Below, piece by piece: positions 9,075 to 21,863 of a stretch of DNA of 51,664 bases. Under the pieces are notes generated by a model. That model made no database searches and was not told the origin of the DNA. It worked only from the letters and a program-made list of their open reading frames with translations. Position 1 is the stretch's first letter. Every line of letters begins with the position of its first letter. Source of the DNA: Candidatus Tenderia sp. (GTDB lineage Bacteria > Pseudomonadota > Gammaproteobacteria > Tenderiales > Tenderiaceae); NCBI GenBank assembly GCA_031416075.1, contig JANOSY010000093.1, positions 1-51,664 of the forward strand, written 5' to 3'. A program made the position numbers and the translations under genes.

Positions 9075-10640
9075 ATGATAAATAAATTCTGTTTGGCGAA
9101 AAGTTCGCCATTATTACTGTCGATATTACTGGGGGCTGCTCTCTCATTTTCCGCTGAAGCGGCAACATCGAAAGATAATAAAATGGTTGTCGATTCACAA
9201 TGCCCTCCTTTGGGATGGTCAGAAAACCTGGTTAGTTTTTTAAAACCGGATGCAAAACTACCTACTGAGAACACACCACTAGGAGCCAGTGATTGTGACT
9301 TTCATGAGTGGTCATGGGAGGCTTTTGTCTGGGCCACCGCACTCGACAAGGGAGGCGCTCCACGTTTTATGACACTTCCCACTCCAGACGATCTATTGAT
9401 CTCAAAAAAAATAAAGCCTGGTCAGTCACGGTCACTCAAACTTGGTCTTCGTGCCACCAAGGCTCATAACACCACCCCTTTTCTCGAAGTGGCGGGGGCA
9501 ATTGTTGAAGCCGATGGAAATATGCTGGTTGCAGCCAATGGTTACCCTGTATATGCCTCGGTGCACATGAACTCACCCTATTTTACGACGGCAAAAAAGA
9601 ATCTTATTTATGACGCCGGTTACATAAACGCCCCAGCGGATGATTATTTTGATGTGGGAGCTGCTGTGTTTAAAGCAACATGGTTGCGCTTAGACTCAGG
9701 GCAAGCAGCACCAGCAGGCGCATTTACCACTCAAGCCACTGTGCCTGTTTTAAAGGTGAATTCTGATCTGAATGTTGTGCCGAGCGGCAAAACTACACAG
9801 GCAACCGTAGCCCTGGTCGGAATGCATGTAGTGGGGTACACCATAAATCATCCTGAGTTTTTATGGGGGACATTTGAGCACAAAGTTAACGTACCGATGG
9901 TTCCAGATAACACCTTCAGTACAAGTGACAGCAGTCCTAACAATTACACTTTTTACTCGGCAGGAACCTCCTATGCAGATGTTAATCAGCAGAACAGCAA
10001 TCCTGCCACATTAACCTTTGATGAAAAAACGCAACGTTTCTCACCCCGCACCAATGCGGTTTTGGAAAATAAAACGGGAGGTGAAAATAATTCACCCAAT
10101 GGCCCCGCCAATATTGAAAGCCTAAATGTCTCCGCGCAGGAGTTTCTTGAAAACCAAAAAGGTAATCAATCAGTTTTCTCAAATTACAATCTTATAGGCA
10201 CACTATGGATGAAACCGAATACCTATGTGCTGCCAGGGGCGTTGAGTATGGGTGCAGCTAATGGTGTTGGTTCTGTGAATCTTGCCAATTCCACTGCTGA
10301 AACATTTGTACAGTATCCAAACAACAGTGATCAGGAAAAAGTACAAAACTGCTTCATGTGTCACAACGCCACCTCCTACTCATTTCAGCAGTTTCCACCA
10401 CCATTGGCTAATCGCAGAATTGCACTTAGTCATGTATTGAGCGTAGGAACCCCTTATAGTGTTGCCAATAAAATTCCAGTGGGAGCACAGTGTTCAGATG
10501 TCAATACTGGCCCTATCATGAGCAATAATGAGGCGCAAACCATCTGCCCCAAGGCGTGTGGGAAATTTTACAACTGGAATGGACAATGGCGCACCACTGT
10601 TCAAGGAAAACAGTCTGTGTGTGGTTGTTGCACCTATTAA
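9075..10640 (+). CDS. Secreted c-type cytochrome-like protein with C-terminal MVL-type (mannan-binding) lectin domain
   Basis: Signal peptide ending near AEA; one CXXCH (CFMCH); C-terminal GPIMSNNEAQTICP...WNGQWRTTVQGKQSVCGC matches the MVL lectin pattern. Confidence 0.75.
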   Translation: MINKFCLAKSSPLLLSILLGAALSFSAEAATSKDNKMVVDSQCPPLGWSENLVSFLKPDAKLPTENTPLGASDCDFHEWSWEAFVWATALDKGGAPRFMTLPTPDDLLISKKIKPGQSRSLKLGLRATKAHNTTPFLEVAGAIVEADGNMLVAANGYPVYASVHMNSPYFTTAKKNLIYDAGYINAPADDYFDVGAAVFKATWLRLDSGQAAPAGAFTTQATVPVLKVNSDLNVVPSGKTTQATVALVGMHVVGYTINHPEFLWGTFEHKVNVPMVPDNTFSTSDSSPNNYTFYSAGTSYADVNQQNSNPATLTFDEKTQRFSPRTNAVLENKTGGENNSPNGPANIESLNVSAQEFLENQKGNQSVFSNYNLIGTLWMKPNTYVLPGALSMGAANGVGSVNLANSTAETFVQYPNNSDQEKVQNCFMCHNATSYSFQQFPPPLANRRIALSHVLSVGTPYSVANKIPVGAQCSDVNTGPIMSNNEAQTICPKACGKFYNWNGQWRTTVQGKQSVCGCCTY

Positions 10641-10651
10641 CGGATGTGCAT

Positions 10652-10688
10652 AAAGGGGGCATGGCGATACTAATCGCCATGCCCTTTC
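10652..10688 (+). terminator. Intrinsic (possibly bidirectional) terminator
   Basis: Perfect 12-bp stem GGGCATGGCGAT-ACTA-ATCGCCATGCCC between convergent genes. Confidence 0.75.
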
Positions 10689-10784
10689 ATCTTTGTTTTA
10701 ATCACAGGAGAGATACACGGATGGTCACATCTTTTGCGCCCATTCGTAGCCTGCGTTTCATTTAGCAGGCTGCTGAAGATTTAT

Positions 10785-13166
<2,382 letters not shown>

Positions 13167-13438
13167 GGTGCCTACCCCCTTTGTCTGTGTCGCTGTCTGG
13201 ATGGCAATACCCACAAGATAGCAGCATAACCACATACAGCGTCACCCCCCCTCATAGTGGCGGATAATTTCAGTGCCCGGCGCAATAGCCCCATTAGGCT
13301 CTGCACTATGATTGATGAATGGGAATGGCACTGGCTTCTATTAGACGTTATCCGTCACGCAATCACCTCACGTTCAAGTGAACAGGACTGCCTAATAACG
13401 CTGAAGAGTAAAATGGAGCGGGTAGATGACTAAAAAGG

Positions 13439-13515
13439 TGGTGGCTACGCCCTGATTCGAACAGGGGACCCCATCATTATGAGTGATGTGCTCTAACCAG
13501 CTGAGCTACGTAGCC
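13439..13515 (-). tRNA. tRNA-Met (CAT), elongator type
   Basis: GGCTACGTAGCTCAGCTGGTTAGAGCACATCACTCATAATGATGGGGTCCCCTGTTCGAATCAGGGCGTAGCCACCA, 77 nt with encoded CCA. Confidence 0.97.
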
Positions 13516-13553
13516 ATTGCGGTTGGGTGATAACCCACTTACAAGGAGTGCGG

Positions 13554-13582
13554 ATTTTCCGGATTTAACGCCCCGCTGTCAA
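13554..13582 (-). promoter_or_regulatory. Sigma-70 promoter of tRNA-Met
   Basis: TTGACA-17 bp-GAAAAT followed by GC-rich discriminator CCGC. Confidence 0.6.
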
Positions 13583-13609
13583 GTATGACGTTAAATCCGG
13601 CACCAATAA

Positions 13610-14701
13610 TTACACGTTAAAACGGAAGTGGACCACATCACCATCTTTGACGATGTACTCTTTGCCTTCCAGACGCCACTTGCCGGCCTCTTTGGCGCCC
13701 TGCTCACCCTTACCGGCGATGAAGTCCTCGTAGGCGACCACTTCGGCGCGGATGAACCCTTTTTCAAAGTCAGTATGGATGACACCCGCGGCCTGCGGTG
13801 CAGTGGCGCCAATCTTAACTGTCCAGGCACGTACCTCTTTAACACCGGCGGTAAAGTAAGTTTGCAGCCCCAGCAATTTGTAACCGGCAAGGATGACACG
13901 ATTCAGGCCTGGCTCTTCCAGTCCCATCTCGGCGAGGAACATCTGTTTCTCTTCATCATCGAGTTCCGTCAGCTCAGACTCGATAGCGGCGCAGACCGGC
14001 ACCACCACCGCCCCTTCAGCTGCGGCCAGGGCGCGCACCTGATCGAGGTAGGGGTTGTTCTCAAAACCACCTTCAGCAACGTTGGCGATGTACATGGTGG
14101 GTTTGATGGTGAGCAGGTGCAGATCACGCAGCAGCAGTTGCTGCTCGACATCCAACTTCATGCTGTGCACCGGCTTGCCTTGATCCAGTACCAGCTTAAC
14201 CTGCTCACACATGGCCACCTGGGCCTTGGCCTCTTTGTCACCGCCCTTGGCGACACGGGCAATACGGGCGATGGCCTTGTCGACCGTCTCAAGGTCAGCA
14301 AGGCAGAGTTCAGTATTGATCACTTCGATATCATCAAGCGGGCTGATCTTGCCAGCAACATGAACAACGTTATCATCCTGAAAACAGCGCACTACATGGG
14401 CGATGGCGTCGGTCTCACGGATGTTGGCGAGGAACTTGTTGCCCAGCCCCTCACCCTTGGAGGCGCCTGCCACCAGTCCGGCGATGTCGACAAACTCCAT
14501 GGTGGCGGGCAGAACCCGCTCTGGCTTGACGATCTCGGCCAGCCTGTCCTGCCGCGCATCGGGCACCGGCACGATACCGACATTGGGCTCGATGGTGCAG
14601 AAGGGGTAGTTGGCCGCCTCAATACCTGCCTTGGTGAGGGCATTAAATAAGGTGGACTTACCAACATTTGGCAGGCCGACGATTCCGCATTTGATTCCCA
14701 T
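13610..14701 (-). CDS. ychF: Redox-regulated ribosome-binding ATPase YchF
   Basis: [23 protein letters not shown] and DIAGLV motifs plus C-terminal TGS domain. Confidence 0.97.
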   Translation of the reverse strand: MGIKCGIVGLPNVGKSTLFNALTKAGIEAANYPFCTIEPNVGIVPVPDARQDRLAEIVKPERVLPATMEFVDIAGLVAGASKGEGLGNKFLANIRETDAIAHVVRCFQDDNVVHVAGKISPLDDIEVINTELCLADLETVDKAIARIARVAKGGDKEAKAQVAMCEQVKLVLDQGKPVHSMKLDVEQQLLLRDLHLLTIKPTMYIANVAEGGFENNPYLDQVRALAAAEGAVVVPVCAAIESELTELDDEEKQMFLAEMGLEEPGLNRVILAGYKLLGLQTYFTAGVKEVRAWTVKIGATAPQAAGVIHTDFEKGFIRAEVVAYEDFIAGKGEQGAKEAGKWRLEGKEYIVKDGDVVHFRFNV

Positions 14702-14720
14702 GGTTTTATCCTGTGCTGTG

Positions 14721-14750
14721 TTGTAGGTGCGAATTTATTCGCACCTACAA
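14721..14750. repeat. GTAG-type REP palindrome that supplies the pth stop codon
   Basis: TTGTAGGTGCGAAT-TT-ATTCGCACCTACAA; the pth TAG lies at 14745-14747. Confidence 0.75.
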
Positions 14751-15335
14751 TTGTGTTGGCTGCGTATGCAGCGCATTCATCGCCTTCTGCAGCTCACCTG
14801 TCACCGCCTGCGGCAATACATTTAACGCACGCTCCAGCGACTCTTCAATCAACCGCTGCTCTTCCAGGCTGGCGCGGTGCAGTACAAAATCGGCGACCTG
14901 TTTGCTGTTGCCGGGATGGCCAATACCAACACGCAGGCGCAAAAAGTCATTGCCACCCGACTGCGCCACAATATCGCGCAGACCATTGTGGCCGCCATGA
15001 CCACCACCCTGTTTGAGACGGGCAGTGCCGGGCAGCAGGTCAAGTTCGTCATGAACGACAAGCGTATTCGCCAGCGGGATTTTATAAAAATTGGCCAGGG
15101 CGGCAACCGCCTGACCACTACGATTCATGTAGGTATTGGGTTTGAGCAGCCAGACCTGCTGACCACCGATGTTGACCTTGGCAACATCACCGAAGAATTT
15201 ACTCTCGGCACGAAACGGTTGCCCCTGACTGCGGGCAATCGCCTCCACAAACCAAAAACCGGCGTTGTGCCGGGTCTCCTCATATTGGGGGCCGGGATTT
15301 CCCAGCCCCACAATTAAAGCGACAACAGCAGACAA
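14745..15335 (-). CDS. pth: Peptidyl-tRNA hydrolase
   Basis: [16 protein letters not shown] and GGHGGHNGL motifs. Confidence 0.97.
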   Translation of the reverse strand: MSAVVALIVGLGNPGPQYEETRHNAGFWFVEAIARSQGQPFRAESKFFGDVAKVNIGGQQVWLLKPNTYMNRSGQAVAALANFYKIPLANTLVVHDELDLLPGTARLKQGGGHGGHNGLRDIVAQSGGNDFLRLRVGIGHPGNSKQVADFVLHRASLEEQRLIEESLERALNVLPQAVTGELQKAMNALHTQPTQL

Positions 15336-15374
15336 CGCCGGTCTCCTTCAGCTGCTATACAAAAAGGGCTGAAA

Positions 15375-16001
15375 TTACTCAGCAGCACCTTCTTCGGTTG
15401 CATCGTCATCAGAGACACCACCACGGGTAGCAACGATGGTGACCACTGGCAGGTCATGCTCTGGGCCGTGGCTCAGGTCAACGATCTCAACACCAGCAGG
15501 CAGTTTGATGTCTGACAGATGCAGTGAATCACCCAGCTCCATGGCAGAAACGTCCAGCTCGATGAACTCAGGCAGATTAGTCGCAAGACAGCTGACATCA
15601 ACACTGGTCAGCTGGTGGGTGAATACAGAGCCACTCTTGATACCCGGAGCAACATCTTCACCAATGAAGTGGATTGGCACATGCATGCGGATCACGGAAT
15701 TGGCATCAACTCGCAGGAAGTCGATGTGCATGATAATAGGTCTGAAGGGGTGCATCTGGAGATCCTTGACCACCGCCTTCTCGCTCTTGCCAGCGACGTT
15801 GATATCGAGGATGTGAGAGAAAAATGCCTCATGCTCAATGTGCTGCAGCATAACGTTCAGCGGCAGGGAGATGCTCTGCGGCTCTTTACTACCACCATAA
15901 ATAACGGCTGGTACCATACCGGTACGACGCAGGCGGCGGCTCGCACCCTTCCCCTCGTCGTTACGCAGTTGTGCATCAACCACAAAATTTTCAACTTTCA
16001 T
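15375..16001 (-). CDS. rplY: 50S ribosomal protein L25/Ctc
   Basis: GKGASRRLR, PAVIYG and HIDF motifs; two-domain form. Confidence 0.96.
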   Translation of the reverse strand: MKVENFVVDAQLRNDEGKGASRRLRRTGMVPAVIYGGSKEPQSISLPLNVMLQHIEHEAFFSHILDINVAGKSEKAVVKDLQMHPFRPIIMHIDFLRVDANSVIRMHVPIHFIGEDVAPGIKSGSVFTHQLTSVDVSCLATNLPEFIELDVSAMELGDSLHLSDIKLPAGVEIVDLSHGPEHDLPVVTIVATRGGVSDDDATEEGAAE

Positions 16002-16031
16002 TATCTGATCTCTCGTTACTGTTTAAGTAGC

Positions 16032-16055
16032 GCCACACCCGCGACCAAGTATGGC
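16032..16055 (-). promoter_or_regulatory. Putative L25 (rplY) leader hairpin
   Basis: Minus strand GCCATACTT-GGTCGC-GGGTGTGGC hairpin 30 nt upstream of the rplY start. Confidence 0.4.
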
Positions 16056-16102
16056 ATCGTTTACCGCCCCGCCAGTGTGTCCGGCCAGGGTAATAAATTC
16101 TT

Positions 16103-17062
16103 CTATTCAACAAACAGGGAGCTGACGGACTCTTCGTTGCTGATACGGCGAATGGTCTCACCCAGCAGCTCTGCCAGACTCAGCTGCCGTATACGGCTGC
16201 AGGCACTCGCCTCAGCCGACAGCGGGATGGTATCGGTCACCACCAGCTCATCCAGCTGTGAATTCTCAATATTGCTGACCGCCGGCCCGGAGAGCACCGG
16301 ATGGGTGCAGTAGGCCATCACCTTCTTGGCTCCCCGATCTTTTAGGGCCGCAGCCGCCTGACAAAGAGTGCCGGCAGTATCCACCAGGTCATCGATCAGG
16401 ATACAGCTGCGTCCTTCAACCTCGCCGATGATATTCATCACCCGCGCCTCATTGGGTTTGGGGCGGCGTTTGTCGATAATCGCCAGCTCCGCATCATCAA
16501 GACGCTTGGCCAGCGCCCGGGCACGTACCACACCCCCCACATCAGGCGAGACCACCACGATGTGGTCCTCTTTTTTATGACGCCGCCAGATATCACCCAA
16601 CAAAATCGGTGAGGCGTAGATGTTATCCACCGGCAGATCAAAAAAGCCCTGAATCTGGTCAGCGTGCAGGTCCACGGTCAAAATGCGGTTGGCACCACTG
16701 ACAGTCAACATATCCGCCACCACACGGGCGGTGATCGGGACACGGGCCGAACGGGTGCGGCGATCCTGGCGTGAATAACCAAAATAGGGGATGACCGCTG
16801 TGATGCGCGCCGCAGAAGCACGTCGCATCGCGTCAATCATGACGCACAGCTCCATCAGATTGTCATTGGTCGGGGCACATGTGGATTGAACAATAAAGAC
16901 ATCGCGACCACGGACATTCTCCATGATCTCAACCATGATCTCGCCATCGCTAAAACGGCCAACAACCGCCTTACCAAGGTGGGTATCAAGGTAACGAACA
17001 ACATCTTGGGCGAGTTGCGGATTAGCATTCCCGGTGAACAGCATCATCCTGCTATCAGACAC
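16103..17062 (-). CDS. prs: Ribose-phosphate pyrophosphokinase
   Basis: [24 protein letters not shown] and [10 protein letters not shown] motifs. Confidence 0.97.
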   Translation of the reverse strand: MSDSRMMLFTGNANPQLAQDVVRYLDTHLGKAVVGRFSDGEIMVEIMENVRGRDVFIVQSTCAPTNDNLMELCVMIDAMRRASAARITAVIPYFGYSRQDRRTRSARVPITARVVADMLTVSGANRILTVDLHADQIQGFFDLPVDNIYASPILLGDIWRRHKKEDHIVVVSPDVGGVVRARALAKRLDDAELAIIDKRRPKPNEARVMNIIGEVEGRSCILIDDLVDTAGTLCQAAAALKDRGAKKVMAYCTHPVLSGPAVSNIENSQLDELVVTDTIPLSAEASACSRIRQLSLAELLGETIRRISNEESVSSLFVE

Positions 17063-17101
17063 GCCACTTACCTCTTAACGTTTTGACAAGGGAGAAAAAT
17101 A

Positions 17102-17176
17102 TGGCTGGGGCGCCAGGATTCGAACCTGGGTATGCTGGAATCAAAATCCAGTGCCTTACCGCTTGGCGACGCCCCA
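17102..17176 (-). tRNA. tRNA-Gln (TTG)
   Basis: TGGGGCGTCGCCAAGCGGTAAGGCACTGGATTTTGATTCCAGCATACCCAGGTTCGAATCCTGGCGCCCCAGCCA, 75 nt, at the conserved ispE-prs position. Confidence 0.97.
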
Positions 17177-17196
17177 ATAATAAACAAAAAAACAAC

Positions 17197-18063
17197 TCAG
17201 ACCGCAATCATGCGAGCCTGCAAGGGCGAACGGTTCAACCCTTTGGCAACAAAACCACTCCACTGTGGTGGTAGTTGCGCCAACACCTGTCTGGCCAACA
17301 CTTCATCATCAAAGGCGGCAAACACCGATGCACCTGAACCACTCATTCTGGCCTGGGCAAAATTACCAAGCCATTTCAGCGCTTTATCAACATCAGGGTA
17401 ACGCTGCCGAACAACCGGCTCAAAGACGTTCACCCACTGTTCAGACCTAAGCCCTGAAAGAAAGGCCGGTATTTTGCTTCTTTGCACGTCCCGTGTCAAT
17501 TCCGGCGCAGCAAAGATCTCGGCAGTAGAGACATGGCAACCAGGGATCAGCACCAGAAACCACGGCTCCGGCAGCAGCAGCGGGGTTAAATCCTCACCCA
17601 CACCCTCCGCCCAGGCCGCATCACCACGAACAAAGACCGGCACGTCCGCCCCCAGCTGCAAACCCGCAGCGGCCAACGCATCATCAGACAGCGCCAGCCC
17701 CCAGAGTCTATTAAGCGCCACCAGGGTGGTCGCCGCATCGGAGCTTCCCCCGCCCAGCCCTCCGCCCATCGGCAATCGCTTTTCTATGCCGATATCCACC
17801 CCCAGCGACGAGCCTGTCAAACGCTGCAGCAGCCGGGCGGCACGCACCGTCAGGTCGCTATCAGAGTGAACTCCATCAATATCACTGACCCGCCGGACAA
17901 CCCCATCCTGCCGCACCCTAAACGTCAGGGTGTCGCCATAATCAAGAAACTGAAAGACCGTCTGCAACAGATGGTAACCGTCCGCACGACGGCCGATGAT
18001 ATGGAGAAAAAGATTGATCTTGGCTGGCGCTGGCCAGCACTCACTACCACGTTCAAACGTCAT
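17197..18063 (-). CDS. ispE: 4-diphosphocytidyl-2-C-methyl-D-erythritol kinase
   Basis: PAPAKINLFL, PMGGGLGGGSSDAA and LGADVP motifs. Confidence 0.97.
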   Translation of the reverse strand: MTFERGSECWPAPAKINLFLHIIGRRADGYHLLQTVFQFLDYGDTLTFRVRQDGVVRRVSDIDGVHSDSDLTVRAARLLQRLTGSSLGVDIGIEKRLPMGGGLGGGSSDAATTLVALNRLWGLALSDDALAAAGLQLGADVPVFVRGDAAWAEGVGEDLTPLLLPEPWFLVLIPGCHVSTAEIFAAPELTRDVQRSKIPAFLSGLRSEQWVNVFEPVVRQRYPDVDKALKWLGNFAQARMSGSGASVFAAFDDEVLARQVLAQLPPQWSGFVAKGLNRSPLQARMIAV

Positions 18064-18700
18064 CCAAACCGCCCAGCGTCCACCGGTCGATCACCAAACG
18101 CACCCGCAAACGGGGATTACTCATCTCCATTTTGTCAGGCAGGGCCAGGGCATCGACCTCTGTATAACGGTTATAAGCCACCGCCCAACCCACCTGCTGC
18201 AGGCGACTCAGCCGCCCCAACCCATCCACCACCTGCAACTCCAGCGGGCGTGGTTCAGGACGGCCAGTCAGCCAGTATTTCAGCCCGCCCACCGGCACAT
18301 GCCAACCCAGCGCTTCGTCCATCAACGCCTCAGGGTTGGCGGCAAAGCGGGGCGGTTGATCGGCACTCTCCATGATGGCCAGGGCGGCGTCGCCATGAAT
18401 GCGCACGGCCCCCTGCCCCAGTGCACCCGAGAGGCGGATATCGAAATGGTCGCCCTGCTGCTGCCAGCGCAGTGAGGCGCTCCAACCATCACTTTGTGCG
18501 TCACGCACCGCAATGCGTCCATTAAAAGACCAGTCCACAAGCTGTTCCAGCTGCTGCTGGTGGAGCTGCCACGCCACCATATCCGGCGCAGCCGCTATCT
18601 TTTCAGGGACGGTACTACACGCAGCAAGCCCCATGCAGGCGAGGGCAGTGATCACTACACGCCAGGCCTGCACCGAGCGCTGGTATAGAGATAAAAACAT
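18053..18700 (-). CDS. lolB: Outer-membrane lipoprotein insertion protein LolB
   Basis: Lipobox LAAC, LGWHVP...WLTGRP motif, synteny with ispE. Confidence 0.92.
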   Translation of the reverse strand: MFLSLYQRSVQAWRVVITALACMGLAACSTVPEKIAAAPDMVAWQLHQQQLEQLVDWSFNGRIAVRDAQSDGWSASLRWQQQGDHFDIRLSGALGQGAVRIHGDAALAIMESADQPPRFAANPEALMDEALGWHVPVGGLKYWLTGRPEPRPLELQVVDGLGRLSRLQQVGWAVAYNRYTEVDALALPDKMEMSNPRLRVRLVIDRWTLGGLDDV

Positions 18701-20439
18701 TATGGATCCAGACGTTTGATGACACCCTGCAACATTTTGTTATCCGGAAACTGCTCCAGGCCGCGCTTCCAGGTGGCACGGGCCTCTTCACGGTCGCCCG
18801 ACACCCACAACACCTCCCCCAGATGTGCGACAACTTCAACGTCATTGCTCAAAGTGATGGCGCGGCGCAGATAGTCAAGCGCCCCGGGCAGGTTACCCCT
18901 GCGATACTGCAGCCACCCCATGCTGTCGAGGATGTAAAAGCTATCCGGCTTCAGCTCCAGGGCACGTTTAATATAGTTCTCCGCCTCGTCAAAGCGGTTG
19001 GTGCGGTCAGCCAGGGTATAACCGATAGAGTTCAGGGCGTCGACATTGTCAGGCTCCAGCTCAAGGATCGCCAGCAGATCCCGCTCCAGCCAGTCGATGC
19101 GCCCCAGCTTCTCGGCCACCATGGCCCGCGCATATAACAACTCTGTATTGTCTGGCAGATCCTGCAGGGCGTGATCGTAGATTTTGACAGCATCGTCATA
19201 ACGTTCGATGTCCCGCAGGATTTCACCCTCAGCAAGATAGAGGCGATGGCTCTGCTCAGGCACACGGGCCTGTACGGCACCCAGACGGGCACGTGCCGCA
19301 TCCACATCCCCCAAACGTGCCTGCAGCAGCGCACTGCGAATCTGGCCATTCAGGTAGTTTTCACCACGATCGATCTTGTCATACCACTGAATGGCACCTT
19401 TGAAGTTGCCGCGCACCTCTTCAATACGACCCAAATAGTACCCCGTCTCTTCGGCACGCACCCCCTTACGGTTCAGACGCAGGAAATAGGTCTCAGCATC
19501 CTTGGGTTGCTCCAGCCGCAAGGCCACCAGCGCAGCGGCAAAGGTGATGTCATCATTATCCGGCTGGGCCTTCAGCACCCTTTTAAACTGGGCTTGCGCC
19601 TCTTCCGGACGATCCAGATCCACCAACATGCGACCGTAGGCCACACGCAGCTCCATGTCATCACCATTGCGTTTGACCATCTGCCCGATATATTCAACCG
19701 CCTCGGCCTGACGCCCAGAGCCATACAGGACGCGGCTGCGCAGTATCATCGCCTGGGTCAGCTCCGGACGCAGCTGCAACAGCCGATCCACTGCCTTTTC
19801 GGACTCGTCCAGCTTGCCGGCACGAAGTGCCAGCTGGCTGTGGGCATAAAGCCCGGCGGGATCCTCCGGGTGGCGCACCATAAACCGCTGAATCACCTCC
19901 AGCGCCCCCTCTTTATCCTGCTCACGGCTGAGCAGCCGAATCATCAACTGGTAGCGGTTCTGCTCATCCCCCTGGGCCTGCTCCAGGACTGGCTCTAACG
20001 AGGTGACGGCGGCATCATAGTCATTGGCCTTGATCAGCAGTGCAGTCAAGATCTGCTGCCCTTCGGCATCGGCTGGCGAAAGCTCCTGCCAGATCTTTGC
20101 CAGCTCCAACCCGACCGGGTATTCGCGGGCAAAAATGGCAATGCGCGTAGCACGCTCGGCAATACGTGGGTCACGGGTCTGCTGCGTTAACCGGGCATAG
20201 AGCTGCACCGCCGCCGCATATTGCGCCCGCTGCAACGCCACCTCCGCCACCAGCAGCTCATTCAAAATGCCCGTGCTAAGTTCAACATTGGGAAGCACCG
20301 GTGCTGGCGGCGCACGCTCAGCAACCGTCAGTGCACTCGCCCCTACCCCTTGTGGTGACATTGAGGCACAGCCCGACAACAGGGCCACACCAAACGATAT
20401 TCCAGCCAAAGATAATAATAAACGTGCTACAGGCCTCAT
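18700..20439 (-). CDS. Tetratricopeptide-repeat lipoprotein
   Basis: Lipobox LSGC, many TPRs (ALNSIGYTLAD, ILDSMGW), conserved position between hemA and lolB. Confidence 0.9.
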   Translation of the reverse strand: MRPVARLLLSLAGISFGVALLSGCASMSPQGVGASALTVAERAPPAPVLPNVELSTGILNELLVAEVALQRAQYAAAVQLYARLTQQTRDPRIAERATRIAIFAREYPVGLELAKIWQELSPADAEGQQILTALLIKANDYDAAVTSLEPVLEQAQGDEQNRYQLMIRLLSREQDKEGALEVIQRFMVRHPEDPAGLYAHSQLALRAGKLDESEKAVDRLLQLRPELTQAMILRSRVLYGSGRQAEAVEYIGQMVKRNGDDMELRVAYGRMLVDLDRPEEAQAQFKRVLKAQPDNDDITFAAALVALRLEQPKDAETYFLRLNRKGVRAEETGYYLGRIEEVRGNFKGAIQWYDKIDRGENYLNGQIRSALLQARLGDVDAARARLGAVQARVPEQSHRLYLAEGEILRDIERYDDAVKIYDHALQDLPDNTELLYARAMVAEKLGRIDWLERDLLAILELEPDNVDALNSIGYTLADRTNRFDEAENYIKRALELKPDSFYILDSMGWLQYRRGNLPGALDYLRRAITLSNDVEVVAHLGEVLWVSGDREEARATWKRGLEQFPDNKMLQGVIKRLDP

Positions 20440-20595
20440 CTGCCCTCCATCACCCCAGGCAGTGCCTGGACGCTAAATCCGTTGAATCGTTATACTACAC
20501 CAGAAAATTCCCAGTGCACTGCTCTACTTGCCAACTGGCCCCATTTACATGCAAAATCACCGGTCCCTTCGATTTGGTAGCGCGTTGTAAGTTTC

Positions 20596-21849
20596 ATGGC
20601 CCTCATAGCTGTTGGTGTAAACCACAAAACTGCCCCCGTCAGTATTCGCGAGCGTGTCTCCTTTGCGCCCGAACGTCTGGCCGATGCGCTTAAGGAGCTC
20701 ACGTCAACACCTGAGGTCAGCGAAGCGGCCATTCTCTCGACCTGCAACCGCACCGAACTGGTCTGTTACAGCAACAGCGGCGAGACCGACACTATCATCG
20801 ACTGGTTTGAGCATTACCATAAGCTCAATACTCAGGAGGTCCGCCCCTACATCTATATATATCCTGATCAGCTGGCAGTACGCCACGTGCTGCGGGTCGC
20901 CAGCGGCCTCGACTCCCTGATCCTCGGCGAACCGCAGATCCTCGGCCAGATCAAGGATGCCTACAGCAAGGCGGAGCAGGCCGGCACCATCGGCAAACTG
21001 CTCAACCGCCTGTTCCAGCACACCTTTTCTGTCGCCAAACAGGTCCGCACTGACACCGCCATCGGCTCCAGCCCGGTCTCGGTCGCCTTTGCCGCCGTCA
21101 GTCTGGCGAAGCAGATCTTCAGCAACATGGGCGAGCGCACCGCCCTGCTGATTGGCGCGGGCGAGACCATCGAACTGGCAGCGCGCCATCTGCACGCCAG
21201 TGGCGTCGGCCGCATCATCATTGCCAACCGCACCGTCGAAAAGGCCCACACCCTGGCCGGAGAGTTTGGTGGCTACGCCATCGCCCTCAAAGAGATCCCC
21301 AACCATCTGGCCGAGGCCGACATCGTCATCTCCTCCACCGCCAGCCAGCTGCCGATCCTCGGCAAAGGGGCGGCCGAGACCGCCATCAAGCAGCGCAAAC
21401 ACCGCCCGATGCTGATGATCGACATCGCCGTGCCACGCGACATTGAGTCTGAGGTTGGCGAGCTGGAGGATATCTATCTCTACACCGTTGACGATCTGCA
21501 GGAGATCATCCAGGAGGGGTTGAAGTCGCGCCAGGAGGCCGCCGTCCAAGCGGAAGAGATCATCGACACCCAGGTAGCCCACTTCATGGGCTGGATCCAG
21601 TCCCAGGACGCCTTTACCGTCATCCGCCAGTTCCGTGACCATGCCCAACAGATCCGCGACACCGAGATAGAGAAGGCACTACGCCAGCTCGGCAACGGCG
21701 AAAACAGCGAGCAGGTGCTGCAAAAACTCGCCCACGCACTGACCAACAAACTGACCCACGCCCCCAGCGCCCAAATCCGTCAGGCCGGTTTCGATGGCCG
21801 CATTGAACTACTGGACGCGGCGCGGGAACTCTTCGAACTGAAAAACTAA
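20596..21849 (+). CDS. hemA: Glutamyl-tRNA reductase
   Basis: STCNRTE, GLDSLILGEPQILGQ, IGAGE and DIAVPRD motifs. Confidence 0.97.
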   Translation: MALIAVGVNHKTAPVSIRERVSFAPERLADALKELTSTPEVSEAAILSTCNRTELVCYSNSGETDTIIDWFEHYHKLNTQEVRPYIYIYPDQLAVRHVLRVASGLDSLILGEPQILGQIKDAYSKAEQAGTIGKLLNRLFQHTFSVAKQVRTDTAIGSSPVSVAFAAVSLAKQIFSNMGERTALLIGAGETIELAARHLHASGVGRIIIANRTVEKAHTLAGEFGGYAIALKEIPNHLAEADIVISSTASQLPILGKGAAETAIKQRKHRPMLMIDIAVPRDIESEVGELEDIYLYTVDDLQEIIQEGLKSRQEAAVQAEEIIDTQVAHFMGWIQSQDAFTVIRQFRDHAQQIRDTEIEKALRQLGNGENSEQVLQKLAHALTNKLTHAPSAQIRQAGFDGRIELLDAARELFELKN

Positions 21850-21863
21850 CTATCTAGGCCCCC

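Noticed and set aside
13439-13515. tRNA-Met or tRNA-Gln as integration sites
   Set aside because: I saw no duplicated tRNA 3' end and no integrase in the window.
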